15,082 bases of DNA from Myxococcota bacterium (GCA_040752415.1 JBFMGU010000258.1:1-15082); one strand, 5' to 3'; counted from the stretch's first letter, positions 8,601 through 15,082 are shown. The notes: generated by a model not told the origin, from the sequence alone. A program made the numbers and translations.

Positions 8601-9044
8601 GGGATTGTCGTCGTCACAGCCGGGTGGGGGGAGGAAGGTGCCGGTCAACTGCACGCGCAGGTCCGGTGCGTTGTCGGAAGTGTTGTCGATGTGGAGCTCC
8701 GCCGAGTAGTCCCCTTCCATCAGCGCCAGCGCACGCACGTGCAGGGTGAGGGCTTCGCCAGGGTCGAGCTCACCGGCCACCGCGTCCACGGAGAACACGG
8801 TGTCGTCGGAAAGCGTGATGGCGCGGATGCGCACCGTGCGGTGTCCCGTGGCGCGCAGGGTCAGGGAGCGCTCCTGCGGTGAACCGGGTATCCCGGCAAA
8901 CGCGAGCAGCTCGTCGGACGCGCGCAGTGTCGCGGGCAGCGTGAAGAGCGGCTCAGGCTCCGGGGCGGGGCACGCGCTCAGCCCCGTGGTCACCAGCGCA
9001 AGGACCAGGGCTCGCGCGCTCCCGCCCGACGGAAGGGCGGGCAT
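5604..9044 (-). CDS. Large surface lipoprotein (1146 aa): Ig-like domain, Cys-rich CDDGxxCTxDxC repeats, about 21 beta-propeller blades
   Basis: Lipobox LSAC; Ig-like ASH/choice-of-anchor-D-type segment (LDPGEALTLHV...LHIDNTSDNAP...VQLTG); about 6 Cys repeats; repeated LAVDDTHLYWT-type blades. Confidence 0.88.
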   Translation of the reverse strand: MPALPSGGSARALVLALVTTGLSACPAPEPEPLFTLPATLRASDELLAFAGIPGSPQERSLTLRATGHRTVRIRAITLSDDTVFSVDAVAGELDPGEALTLHVRALALMEGDYSAELHIDNTSDNAPDLRVQLTGTFLPPPGCDDDNPCTLDTYDDAGTCIHSPVRTPCDDGDACTVGDTCEAGRCVGVSLTCDDGIDCTVDACDPHLGCTREPAAERCSDDNVCTVDVCDVMMGCRWESADGAACGGINGCLSMDVCWAGQCLSAPVPDGMPCDDGDPLTYSDACARLRCAGKYVRTLAEGTMGPASAITVDDDGIFWAAVNNRGLSRILKATHETGEVWTVEDNVNVRRMATNARHLYFLDGDRHAILRVFKTGGGAGPVVRGTDEDTHFVVDDDTLFWTTGTELRRTSTHTLETTVLGYSDGDITGLAADATTLYWSSRHGSVGWVSRSGGSAGTIGGEIYARHLVVDDTKLYWIGVDGGDWTALRQADKGFAQVSTLFVTGSGVVSLQQDQDALYLSGVDGPIHRVPKNGGPRGWLGTIPPRHNHPFAVHGGDVYHVEASEIRRESVNAVLLRSENAAPDLLDVAPGNDAFYAIQGTVTHEDQRILRIPRDGITPPTSVALVRNTHSLAVDDTHLYWTRQANSAGEENKLYRAKLDGTEVHRVALGRGRPYRTVVLDGTVFWFSWWYDENALLNSWSSATNTSLVQDVGYPWVSDATSRDAWLYWTAWNAANQHVVLTVDATRGTNIEGVALEGAEHPYSVVADATHLYFFTDGHCGIARIPRSGGAAEVIVKSNLSRCGNLRVNDSHLYWLKYSSSSIRVVRANKDGTWRTELLAHGGNASTFFVDNDALTLVNQGSGTFQWRSTHGEPMHTVADDTLLPSSLIVGGGAVYWVNNVVDGRDSILGVDLPDGNVRSCARHLGTPRNLRYDGADLFWLDEQKGTISTVPAAGGEPRILVRQDRGMANLVVQGDKLSWTRWDAIWSANRDGSNLHVVAAPNISLWTATHMEVLDGNYFVLIPDDGIRHVDPNGTARAVGRASRFTIHDYRLYYLSSAIHRRAFGDGVEELVADASTSTTDLVIEGAHLFWGSPECGICMAPLDGSAPTPVSVVDLEGVTPTGLAVTPDFVIWTENGAVRSLRRH
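8172..8618 (-). repeat. Coding tandem Cys-rich repeats (Dictyostelium-repeat-like)
   Basis: CDDDNPCTLDT, CDDGDACTVGDTC, CDDGIDCTVDAC, CSDDNVCTVDVC, CGGINGCLSMDVC, CDDGDPLTYSDAC. Confidence 0.8.
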
Positions 9045-9075
9045 GGTGCGGTCTCGAGGGAAGGAGAGTCAGGAG

Positions 9076-9104
9076 ATTGTAGCGACGCGTCGGAAATCTG
9101 GCAG
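9076..9104 (-). promoter_or_regulatory. Putative sigma70-type promoter (CTGCCA-N17-TACAAT) for the large lipoprotein gene
   Basis: Minus strand reads CTGCCAGATTTCCGACGCGTCGCTACAAT; 17-bp spacer; -10 ends 31 nt upstream of ATG 9044. Confidence 0.55.
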
Positions 9105-9167
9105 ACCACGCTCGCGCGGGTGGCGGACCTCCGTCGGTGAGAGGACGCCGGGTTGGAGGGGTGATCC

Positions 9168-9173
9168 TATTGT
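9168..9173 (+). promoter_or_regulatory. Putative -10 element (TATTGT) of a leaderless transcript
   Basis: TAnnnT hexamer 7 nt upstream of ATG 9181; no properly spaced SD. Confidence 0.4.
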
Positions 9174-9180
9174 CAGACCC

Positions 9181-10368
9181 ATGAAACGCATCACGTCTGG
9201 AAAGTCGGGGTGGGCGGCGGGTGTGTTCCTTGCGGCGGTGTTGGGAAGCTGCGGCACCATCACCGAGCCGAATGAGACGGAGAACGGCGGCAGCTCGTCG
9301 AGCGGCGGCATCTCCCAGGAGTCCTCGAGCGGGTCCGCGTCCAGCACGTCATCGTCATCGTCAACATCGGGCGGGGGCACGAGCACGTCGAGCACCGGTT
9401 CGAGCTCGGGTGGGAGCAGCAGCGGATGGAGCAGCGACGTGCGCCTGTGCGACCAGGCACCTCCGCCCGGAGCGCCCGCGCCCGCGCCGCTGCGGCCCTA
9501 CAGCGGTGGCACGTGTCCGTCGCTGGTCGAGGGCCGCAACCTCATCAGCACCAACAACGTCACGCGTGAGTTCCTGCTCCACACGCCGGCGAATGCACAG
9601 CCAGGTGAGACGTTCCCGGTGGTGTTCTTCTGGCACTGGCTCGGGGCCTCGGCGGATGACTTCGTCTCGCGGGGGGAGCTGGTCGAGGCCACCACGCAGC
9701 AGCGGTTCATCGCCGTGGTGCCGGAGTCCATTGGCGCGGGTGTGCTCGGATTTCCGTCGCTGGACGTGAAGTGGCCCTTCGACGTGTCCCAGAGCCAGGA
9801 GCGCATGGACGAGGAGATGGCCTTCTTTGACGACATGCTCACGTGCGTGGCGGAGCAGTTCCCGGTCAACCGGTCCTGCGTCTCCAGCGCCGGAGTCAGC
9901 GCCGGGGCGCTCTTCACCGCGCAGCTGGCGTCCCTGCGTGGCGACGTGATCTCGTCATTTGTCAGCCTCTCCGGGGGCACGGGCGGCGTCATCCGTCCCT
10001 GGGGCAATCCCGACCACCGGATGCCCGCGCTGGTGCTGAGCGGCGGTCCGGAGGACAACTGCTTCAACCTGCTCAACTTCGAGCAGCAGTCCCATGAGCT
10101 GGTCAGCTCGCTCGCGCAACGCAGCCACTTCATCATCGAGTGCAAACACAACTGCGGCCACACGCAGCCGCCCACGACGCCACCGCCGGGCCTCACCGTC
10201 ATGGCACCGTTCTGGGATTTCCTCTTCGCGCACCCGTTCTGGCTCCCCGCGGGAGATTCGCCCTACAACGCCTCGGGTTTGCCGACGGGCTTCCCGGAAT
10301 GGTGCGCCATTGGCGCGGGGCAGGCGGTTCCCCGCACGGGTGAGTGCCCCAACGGCTCGGAGTGTTGA
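9181..10368 (+). CDS. Alpha/beta-hydrolase lipoprotein (PHB depolymerase/LpqC esterase-like, 395 aa) with Ser/Gly/Thr linker
   Basis: Lipobox LGSC; PVVFFWHWLG oxyanion region; nucleophile elbow GVSAG; candidate catalytic Asp (GGPED) and His (HNCGH). Confidence 0.85.
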   Translation: MKRITSGKSGWAAGVFLAAVLGSCGTITEPNETENGGSSSSGGISQESSSGSASSTSSSSSTSGGGTSTSSTGSSSGGSSSGWSSDVRLCDQAPPPGAPAPAPLRPYSGGTCPSLVEGRNLISTNNVTREFLLHTPANAQPGETFPVVFFWHWLGASADDFVSRGELVEATTQQRFIAVVPESIGAGVLGFPSLDVKWPFDVSQSQERMDEEMAFFDDMLTCVAEQFPVNRSCVSSAGVSAGALFTAQLASLRGDVISSFVSLSGGTGGVIRPWGNPDHRMPALVLSGGPEDNCFNLLNFEQQSHELVSSLAQRSHFIIECKHNCGHTQPPTTPPPGLTVMAPFWDFLFAHPFWLPAGDSPYNASGLPTGFPEWCAIGAGQAVPRTGECPNGSEC

Positions 10369-10477
10369 GCGCCCTCAGGGGGACTTGCCGGCGACGAGGA
10401 GCATCCATGGACTCCACCGCAATGGGCCGGGCTCCCGGGCGTGGCGTGGGAACGGGCGGCGCCGCGCATTGGACCCG

Positions 10478-10486
10478 TGGTACGGT
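10478..10486 (+). promoter_or_regulatory. Putative extended -10 (TG-G-TACGGT) for a leaderless transcript starting at GTG 10493
   Basis: TGnTAnnnT ends 6 nt before the GTG; no SD. Confidence 0.4.
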
Positions 10487-10492
10487 GCCGGC

Positions 10493-10636
10493 GTGGAGAC
10501 CGTCTTGTATGCCCTGGCGTGTGTGGCCATCCCCGCGGTGTGGGGCGTGGTCATGGTCTACGTCTTCGGACGCTGGGCGGAACGTCGTCGTCAGGACAGC
10601 GCGCGCGACATCCCGCCCATTGACTACTCCATCTGA
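10493..10636 (+). CDS. Small single-pass membrane protein (47 aa) ending in -PPIDYSI; candidate CysK-binding peptide
   Basis: METVLYALACVAIPAVWGVVMVYVFGRWAERRRQDSARDIPPIDYSI: one hydrophobic helix, then a basic patch and a polar tail. GC3-rich codons; stop is 9 nt before the tauE-family gene. Confidence 0.75.
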   Translation: METVLYALACVAIPAVWGVVMVYVFGRWAERRRQDSARDIPPIDYSI

Positions 10637-10645
10637 GCGCGCCCC

Positions 10646-11551
10646 GTGGACCTCTCGCTTGTCATTGACGGGCAATCCGTCTCGGTGCCGGGAATCGCCG
10701 CGCTGGGCGTCACGGTGGGATTCGTGGCCGGCATGTTCGGCGTGGGTGGCGGATTCCTGCTCACGCCGTTGCTCACCGTGGTGTTCGGCGTGCCGCTCAC
10801 CATCAGTGTCGGGTCCGGGTTGTGCCAGATGGTGGGCACCGCGCTTGCTTCTCTGCTGCGGCATCGCAAGGTCGGCCAGGGTGAGATCCGCGTCGACATC
10901 CTGATGCTGGTGGGCAGCCTGGTGGGCGTGGAGGCCGGTGCCCGACTGCTCACCGCGCTCTCCGCGGCTGGCAACGTCACCGTGCTCGGACACACCGGAC
11001 CCATGGTGAACTTCGTCGTCGAGGCCACCTACGCGGTGCTGCTGTTCGCCATCTCCATGCTCTTCTGGCGCCAGGGCCGACACGGGCTGCACGCGCTGGA
11101 ATACGTGCGCGTGGGCCCGCTCTCCCGCATCAGGCTGGGGCCCACCGTGGACCTGCCCGCCGTCCACCTGCGCAACGTCTCCGCCATCCTCGTCGCGGAG
11201 CTGGGCCTGGCGCTGGGGCTCTTGAGCGGCTTGCTGGGGATTGGCGGCGGAATCGCGTTGATGCCGGTGCTCATCTACGGTTTCGGTTTTCCCATGCGCC
11301 AGGCGGCCGGCACGGGCATCCTGGTGCTGCTTGCCACGTCGACGTTTGGCACCTTTGTGCACGCGCTGCGCGGCAACGTGAACCTCCCGCTCTCCATGGT
11401 GCTGCTGGCGGGCGCGTCCATCAGCGCGCAGTTCGGAGCGCTGGCCACCCGCAACCTCCCCGCCCACACGCTGCGACGCATCTTCTCCGTGGTGGTGCTG
11501 GCCGCCATGGTGGCGGTGCTGTGGGACCTGCGACGTCGCTTCACGCAGTGA
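10646..11551 (+). CDS. TauE/SafE (TSUP) family sulfite/sulfur-compound transporter
   Basis: Two internal repeats of the family signature: GFVAGMFGVGGGFLLTPLL and GLLSGLLGIGGGIALMPVL...AAGT; multi-TM, 301 aa. Confidence 0.92.
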   Translation: MDLSLVIDGQSVSVPGIAALGVTVGFVAGMFGVGGGFLLTPLLTVVFGVPLTISVGSGLCQMVGTALASLLRHRKVGQGEIRVDILMLVGSLVGVEAGARLLTALSAAGNVTVLGHTGPMVNFVVEATYAVLLFAISMLFWRQGRHGLHALEYVRVGPLSRIRLGPTVDLPAVHLRNVSAILVAELGLALGLLSGLLGIGGGIALMPVLIYGFGFPMRQAAGTGILVLLATSTFGTFVHALRGNVNLPLSMVLLAGASISAQFGALATRNLPAHTLRRIFSVVVLAAMVAVLWDLRRRFTQ

Positions 11552-11574
11552 GCGCTCTCCGCTAACAAGGATCC

Positions 11575-12495
11575 ATGGCCCTCCACGCCGGCATCACCCA
11601 GGCCATTGGGAACACCCCGCTCGTCCGACTGGAGCGCCTCTCGCGCGCTTGTGGCGTCGAGATCCTGGCCAAGCTGGAGTTCTGCAATCCCGGCGGCAGC
11701 GTCAAGTCCCGCGTGGCGCGCGGCATGATCGAGGACGCGCAGCAGCGCGGAGTGCTCAAGCCGGGCGGGACCATTGTCGAGCCCACGTCGGGGAACACCG
11801 GGATTGCGCTGGCCATGTTGTGCGCGGCGCGCGGCTACCGCCTCATCCTCACCATGCCGGAGGCCATGACGCGCGAGCGGGTTTCCCTGCTGCGGGCCCA
11901 CGGCGCCGACGTCATCCTGACCCGCGGCACCCTGATGCGCGCCGCGGTGGAGCAGGCGGAGTTGCTGGTGAACACCATCCCCGGCGCGGTCAGCCTGCGG
12001 CAGTTCGAGAACCCCGCCAACCCCGCCGAGCATGAGCGCACCACCGCGCGCGAGATCTGGGATGACACTGGCGGCCAGCTCGACGTGGTGGTGGCGGGCA
12101 TTGGCACCGGCGGGACCATCACCGGCGTGGGTCGGGTGATGAAGCGGCAGCGGCCGGGGGTGCGCGTGGTGGGCGTGGAGCCCAGCGGCGCGGCGGTCCT
12201 CAGCGGCGGACGCGCGGGGCAACACGCCATTCAGGGCATTGGCGCGGGGTTCGTTCCGGCCAACCTGGACCGCGCGCTTCTCGACGAGGTGGTGGCCATC
12301 AGCGACGAGGCTGCGCTGGAGGGTGCGCGCCGCATGGCCACGGAGGAAGGGCTCCTCGTCGGGATCTCGTCGGGGGCGGTGATTGCGGCGGTGCAGAAGC
12401 TGGCGGAGCGGCCGGAGCTGAAGGACCGTCGCGTGGTCATCATCCTGGCGGACGGCGGGGAGCGCTACCTGTCCACTCCGCTCTTTGCCGGATGA
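11575..12495 (+). CDS. cysK: Cysteine synthase A (O-acetylserine sulfhydrylase)
   Basis: IGNTPLVRL; KLEFCNPGGSVK (PLP Lys44); EPTSGNTGIALA; QFENPANP; GIGTGGT; HAIQGIGAGFVP (CysK-type loop); GISSGA; GERYLST. Confidence 0.93.
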   Translation: MALHAGITQAIGNTPLVRLERLSRACGVEILAKLEFCNPGGSVKSRVARGMIEDAQQRGVLKPGGTIVEPTSGNTGIALAMLCAARGYRLILTMPEAMTRERVSLLRAHGADVILTRGTLMRAAVEQAELLVNTIPGAVSLRQFENPANPAEHERTTAREIWDDTGGQLDVVVAGIGTGGTITGVGRVMKRQRPGVRVVGVEPSGAAVLSGGRAGQHAIQGIGAGFVPANLDRALLDEVVAISDEAALEGARRMATEEGLLVGISSGAVIAAVQKLAERPELKDRRVVIILADGGERYLSTPLFAG

Positions 12496-12597
12496 CGACG
12501 AGAATGGCCGCCGCGGTCAGTGGAATGGCCCGTGCGGTCAACCACGTTGGCCCCGCGAAGACCGAAAAGGACCTCCACAGCTTCCCGGGAGGTTCCC

Positions 12598-14847
12598 ATG
12601 CTTCTGCGTCGCCACGGCGTTGTCCGGTTGGTCCAGGGTTGCGCGGCCGTGCTCGTGGTCAGCGCGTGCACCGGCGACGGCGGCAGTGACCTCAGCCCCA
12701 CCGACGCGGGCACCGGCGCCCCGCCACCCAGCTGCACCCCGCGCACCTGGTACGCCGACGGGGATGGCGACGGAGTGGGCATTGCCTCGGCGTCGGTGAG
12801 CGCTTGCGCTCCGCCCCCTGGTCACGCCGCCATCGCGGGCGACAACTGCCCCCACGCCTACAACCCGGAGCAGTGGGATGCCGACGGAGACGGCCTGGGC
12901 GACGCGTGTGATGCCACCCCGTCCCACTGCGAGGACCTCGCCGAGACCGCGATCTCCTCCCGCTTCACCGCGGTGAGCGCCGACGGGGCAAGCGCGACCA
13001 TCCACGAGCTCGTGGGTGACGACGTGTCCATCAGCGGGAGCCGGGCGGTGCGCGTGGTCTCCCAGTCCGGCGCGTACTCCGGGGCGCGGTTCTCGCCGGG
13101 CGTGGGCAACACGCTGGATCTCCGCCTCGTCGACGAGGTGCGGCTGGCGGTGCGCGGTCGCGCCCAGGATCCGCTTGGCTGGCAGGGACCGCCGGTGGTG
13201 GTGATCGAGGACGCACAGGGACGAAGGGCGCAGCTGTGGCCCACGTCGACCGCGCTGCCCAATGGGACAGGTGCGTGGACCACCCTGGCCGCACCGTTGC
13301 GCCTCGCCGCGCAAGGTGGGTCGGTGGGCGGCTGGGGCTGGAGTGGTCAGCTCGTCGACCTGGCGCGGGTGCGCGCCCTGGAGGTTGCCGTCGACGTGTG
13401 GGGCGCGGGCATGGAGCTGGACGTGGATGGCATGACGCTGGCCGCCGCGGCGCAGAGCTGCGCATGGCACTGTCCCGCCAACTGCCACGGGCGCGGCGCG
13501 TGCCAGCTGGAGACGCTCAGCTGCGAGTGTGACCTGGGCAGCACCGGGCGGGCGTGTGAGGCGTGTGCGGCGGGGTTCGTCGAGAGTGAGGGTCGCTGCG
13601 TGCTCGCTAACGACGGGGAATACGACACCTGGCCCAACCCCGTGAGCTTCCGCAACAGCGACCCGTGGCTCGTGGTCCACCACGCCAAGATCCGCCAGCT
13701 CCGCCCCCGGGTGCTGGTGCTCAACTACGTCAACCCCAGCGCCATGGGGGACGTGCAACAGCTCATTGACGACCTGCGGCGCGGCTTCCGCGAGTCCTCC
13801 CGCGCGCTCGGTGATCCCAACGCGCTGCCGCAGCTCGACTACCAGCTCGCCCGTCCCATCGTGGACCTGCGTGACGGATATGCCGGTCACCCCGCCCCGC
13901 CCGCGGGCTATCCACACGAGAACAGCACGCTGTTGCCACGTCGTCCTGCCAATGAGGCGGGGGAGTGGCGGATGGACTACGCCACGCTGTTCGACCCCGC
14001 CTACGCCGCGCACTACGGCTTCACCCATCCCGACGCGCCCGGGCAGTTCATGGACCTGTGCACGCTCGTCGAGCGCGGGCACATCAACGAGGTGTGGCTG
14101 GTCATCTCCGGCGAGGACCCCACCGATGTGAACATGGCGGAAGTGCTGGAGGCCAAGCCGCGATACAGCGCCACCGGCAACCTGCTGCCCGGCGAACCGG
14201 AGCGCTGCGCGGGCAACGGTTGCTACGACGTGGACGTGCCAGTCTGCGGTCGTTCCCTGCGCATTGGCGCGGTGAACTACCGTCGGGGGCCGGGCTGCTA
14301 CCTGCATTCCCAGGGACATGGTCTGGAGTCGGTGGGCGCGCGCGGAACGGTACCGACGTTGACGTCGTGGTTCGTGCCGTTCGCGGGTTTTGACCTGGAT
14401 TCCCGCCTGGGCTTGCCGGTGTCCAATCTGTACGGGCTGACCTGCTCGGACACCAACGGTGACGGCCAGTCCGATCCCCCCTGCGTCAGCTACCCCGACG
14501 ACGACACCGCGCACCTGTTCCACGCCGGCAATACCTACCGCGTGAACCCGTACGACGGTGCCTGTGGCAACGTGCATTTCCCGCCCAACGCCACCTGGCA
14601 CTACGACTACGCCAACACCGACACCGTCCGCTCCACCTGCCTGGACTTCGGTCTTGTCACCGGCGAGGAGCCCGCACCGCGCACGCTGGTGGGCAGCGCG
14701 TTGTGGAGCGCCAACGAAGCGGTCACCGGAGATTGCGGTGGCGGGTACCTGACGTGGTGGTTCCAGCGCATGCCCGGATTCGGCACCGGCCACGTCTACC
14801 GCGACGGGCGGCTCATGCTCTCGGTGTGGCCCCACCTGTTCTATTGA
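12598..14847 (+). CDS. Modular lipoprotein (749 aa): WYxDxDGDG and thrombospondin type 3 repeat, beta-sandwich-like domain, EGF-like module, C-terminal putative metal-binding domain
   Basis: SD GGGAGG; lipobox VSAC; DNCPHAYNPEQWDADGDGLGDACD; CPANCHGRGAC...CECDLGSTGRACEACAAGF; HSQGHGLE and CGNVHFPPN. Confidence 0.85.
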   Translation: MLLRRHGVVRLVQGCAAVLVVSACTGDGGSDLSPTDAGTGAPPPSCTPRTWYADGDGDGVGIASASVSACAPPPGHAAIAGDNCPHAYNPEQWDADGDGLGDACDATPSHCEDLAETAISSRFTAVSADGASATIHELVGDDVSISGSRAVRVVSQSGAYSGARFSPGVGNTLDLRLVDEVRLAVRGRAQDPLGWQGPPVVVIEDAQGRRAQLWPTSTALPNGTGAWTTLAAPLRLAAQGGSVGGWGWSGQLVDLARVRALEVAVDVWGAGMELDVDGMTLAAAAQSCAWHCPANCHGRGACQLETLSCECDLGSTGRACEACAAGFVESEGRCVLANDGEYDTWPNPVSFRNSDPWLVVHHAKIRQLRPRVLVLNYVNPSAMGDVQQLIDDLRRGFRESSRALGDPNALPQLDYQLARPIVDLRDGYAGHPAPPAGYPHENSTLLPRRPANEAGEWRMDYATLFDPAYAAHYGFTHPDAPGQFMDLCTLVERGHINEVWLVISGEDPTDVNMAEVLEAKPRYSATGNLLPGEPERCAGNGCYDVDVPVCGRSLRIGAVNYRRGPGCYLHSQGHGLESVGARGTVPTLTSWFVPFAGFDLDSRLGLPVSNLYGLTCSDTNGDGQSDPPCVSYPDDDTAHLFHAGNTYRVNPYDGACGNVHFPPNATWHYDYANTDTVRSTCLDFGLVTGEEPAPRTLVGSALWSANEAVTGDCGGGYLTWWFQRMPGFGTGHVYRDGRLMLSVWPHLFY

Positions 14848-14848
14848 A

Positions 14849-14889
14849 GGTGTCCGATTTTCAGTCACCCTGTCCGAAATTCAGACAGG
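14849..14889. promoter_or_regulatory. Tandem imperfect palindromes, probable enhancer (bEBP) binding sites
   Basis: TGTCCGATTTTCAGTCA (14851-14867) and TGTCCGAAATTCAGACA (14871-14887), 20 bp apart start to start, upstream of a -24/-12 promoter. Confidence 0.65.
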
Positions 14890-14930
14890 TCTGGAGGGCC
14901 TTTCCACGCGGTTTCCGTCGAGAAGTGGGT

Positions 14931-14946
14931 TGGCACTGCTTGTGCT
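14931..14946 (+). promoter_or_regulatory. Sigma54 (-24/-12) promoter
   Basis: TGGCACTGCTTGTGCT: GG (14932-14933), N10, GC (14944-14945), with the TGGCAC core. Confidence 0.7.
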
Positions 14947-14956
14947 CTGCGCTCAC

Positions 14957-15036
14957 ACGCCCCCCCGGCCCCAAGAACAAACCAGCCAGGCGGCGTGGCC
15001 ACAATGCCTGGCTGGGGGGCTAAGAGACAGTGGGGG
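14957..15036 (+). ncRNA. Candidate structured 5' leader or sRNA downstream of the sigma54 promoter
   Basis: Perfect 10-bp stem CCAGCCAGGC (14982-14991) / GCCTGGCTGG (15006-15015), plus complementary C and G tracts; no credible ORF before the window end. Confidence 0.35.
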
Positions 15037-15082
15037 TTGGCACGGAGATAAGCACCGGAATTGCCAGATTCCGACCGGGAAA

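Noticed and set aside
5955..8882. Plus-strand ORFs of 589, 264 and 358 aa
   Set aside because: Antisense shadows of the 1146-aa lipoprotein.
8746..9180. Upstream extension of the esterase ORF
   Set aside because: Overlaps the divergent gene; the signal peptide begins at ATG 9181.
10094..10492. 180-aa version of the small ORF
   Set aside because: Overlaps the esterase in another frame and is low-complexity; only the last 47 codons look like a real protein.
12538..14868. 776-aa minus-strand ORF
   Set aside because: Antisense mirror of the plus-strand lipoprotein, which has the SD, lipobox and domain motifs.
15038..15054. Second sigma54-like site TGGCACGGAGATAAGCA
   Set aside because: GG-to-GC spacing is 11 nt, not the strict 10 nt required.

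Overview
GC-rich bacterial DNA. The Ser/Gly-linker lipoproteins, Cys-rich repeats, propeller arrays and sigma54 promoter suggest Myxococcota, but that is inference. About 11 credible CDSs, in order: membrane protein with two CxxC motifs (-); SxxK serine-hydrolase lipoprotein (+); Zn-dependent formaldehyde/alcohol dehydrogenase (+); BON protein (+); type III pantothenate kinase with an NxGNT motif (-); 1146-aa lipoprotein with Cys repeats and about 21 propeller blades (-); alpha/beta-hydrolase lipoprotein (+); a three-gene unit of a 47-aa membrane peptide, a TauE/SafE transporter and cysK (+); and a TSP3/EGF lipoprotein with an HxxxHxxE domain (+). The best candidate for an undescribed system is the 47-aa single-pass peptide, which ends in -DYSI like the C-terminal tails that dock in the CysK active site, and sits directly ahead of a sulfur-compound transporter and cysK. 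Notable non-coding elements are a nested inverted-repeat (REPIN-like or structured RNA) element at 113-288 and a sigma54 promoter with tandem enhancer palindromes ahead of a structured, ORF-poor leader or sRNA at the right end. All calls come from reading motifs by eye; no searches or folding programs were run.
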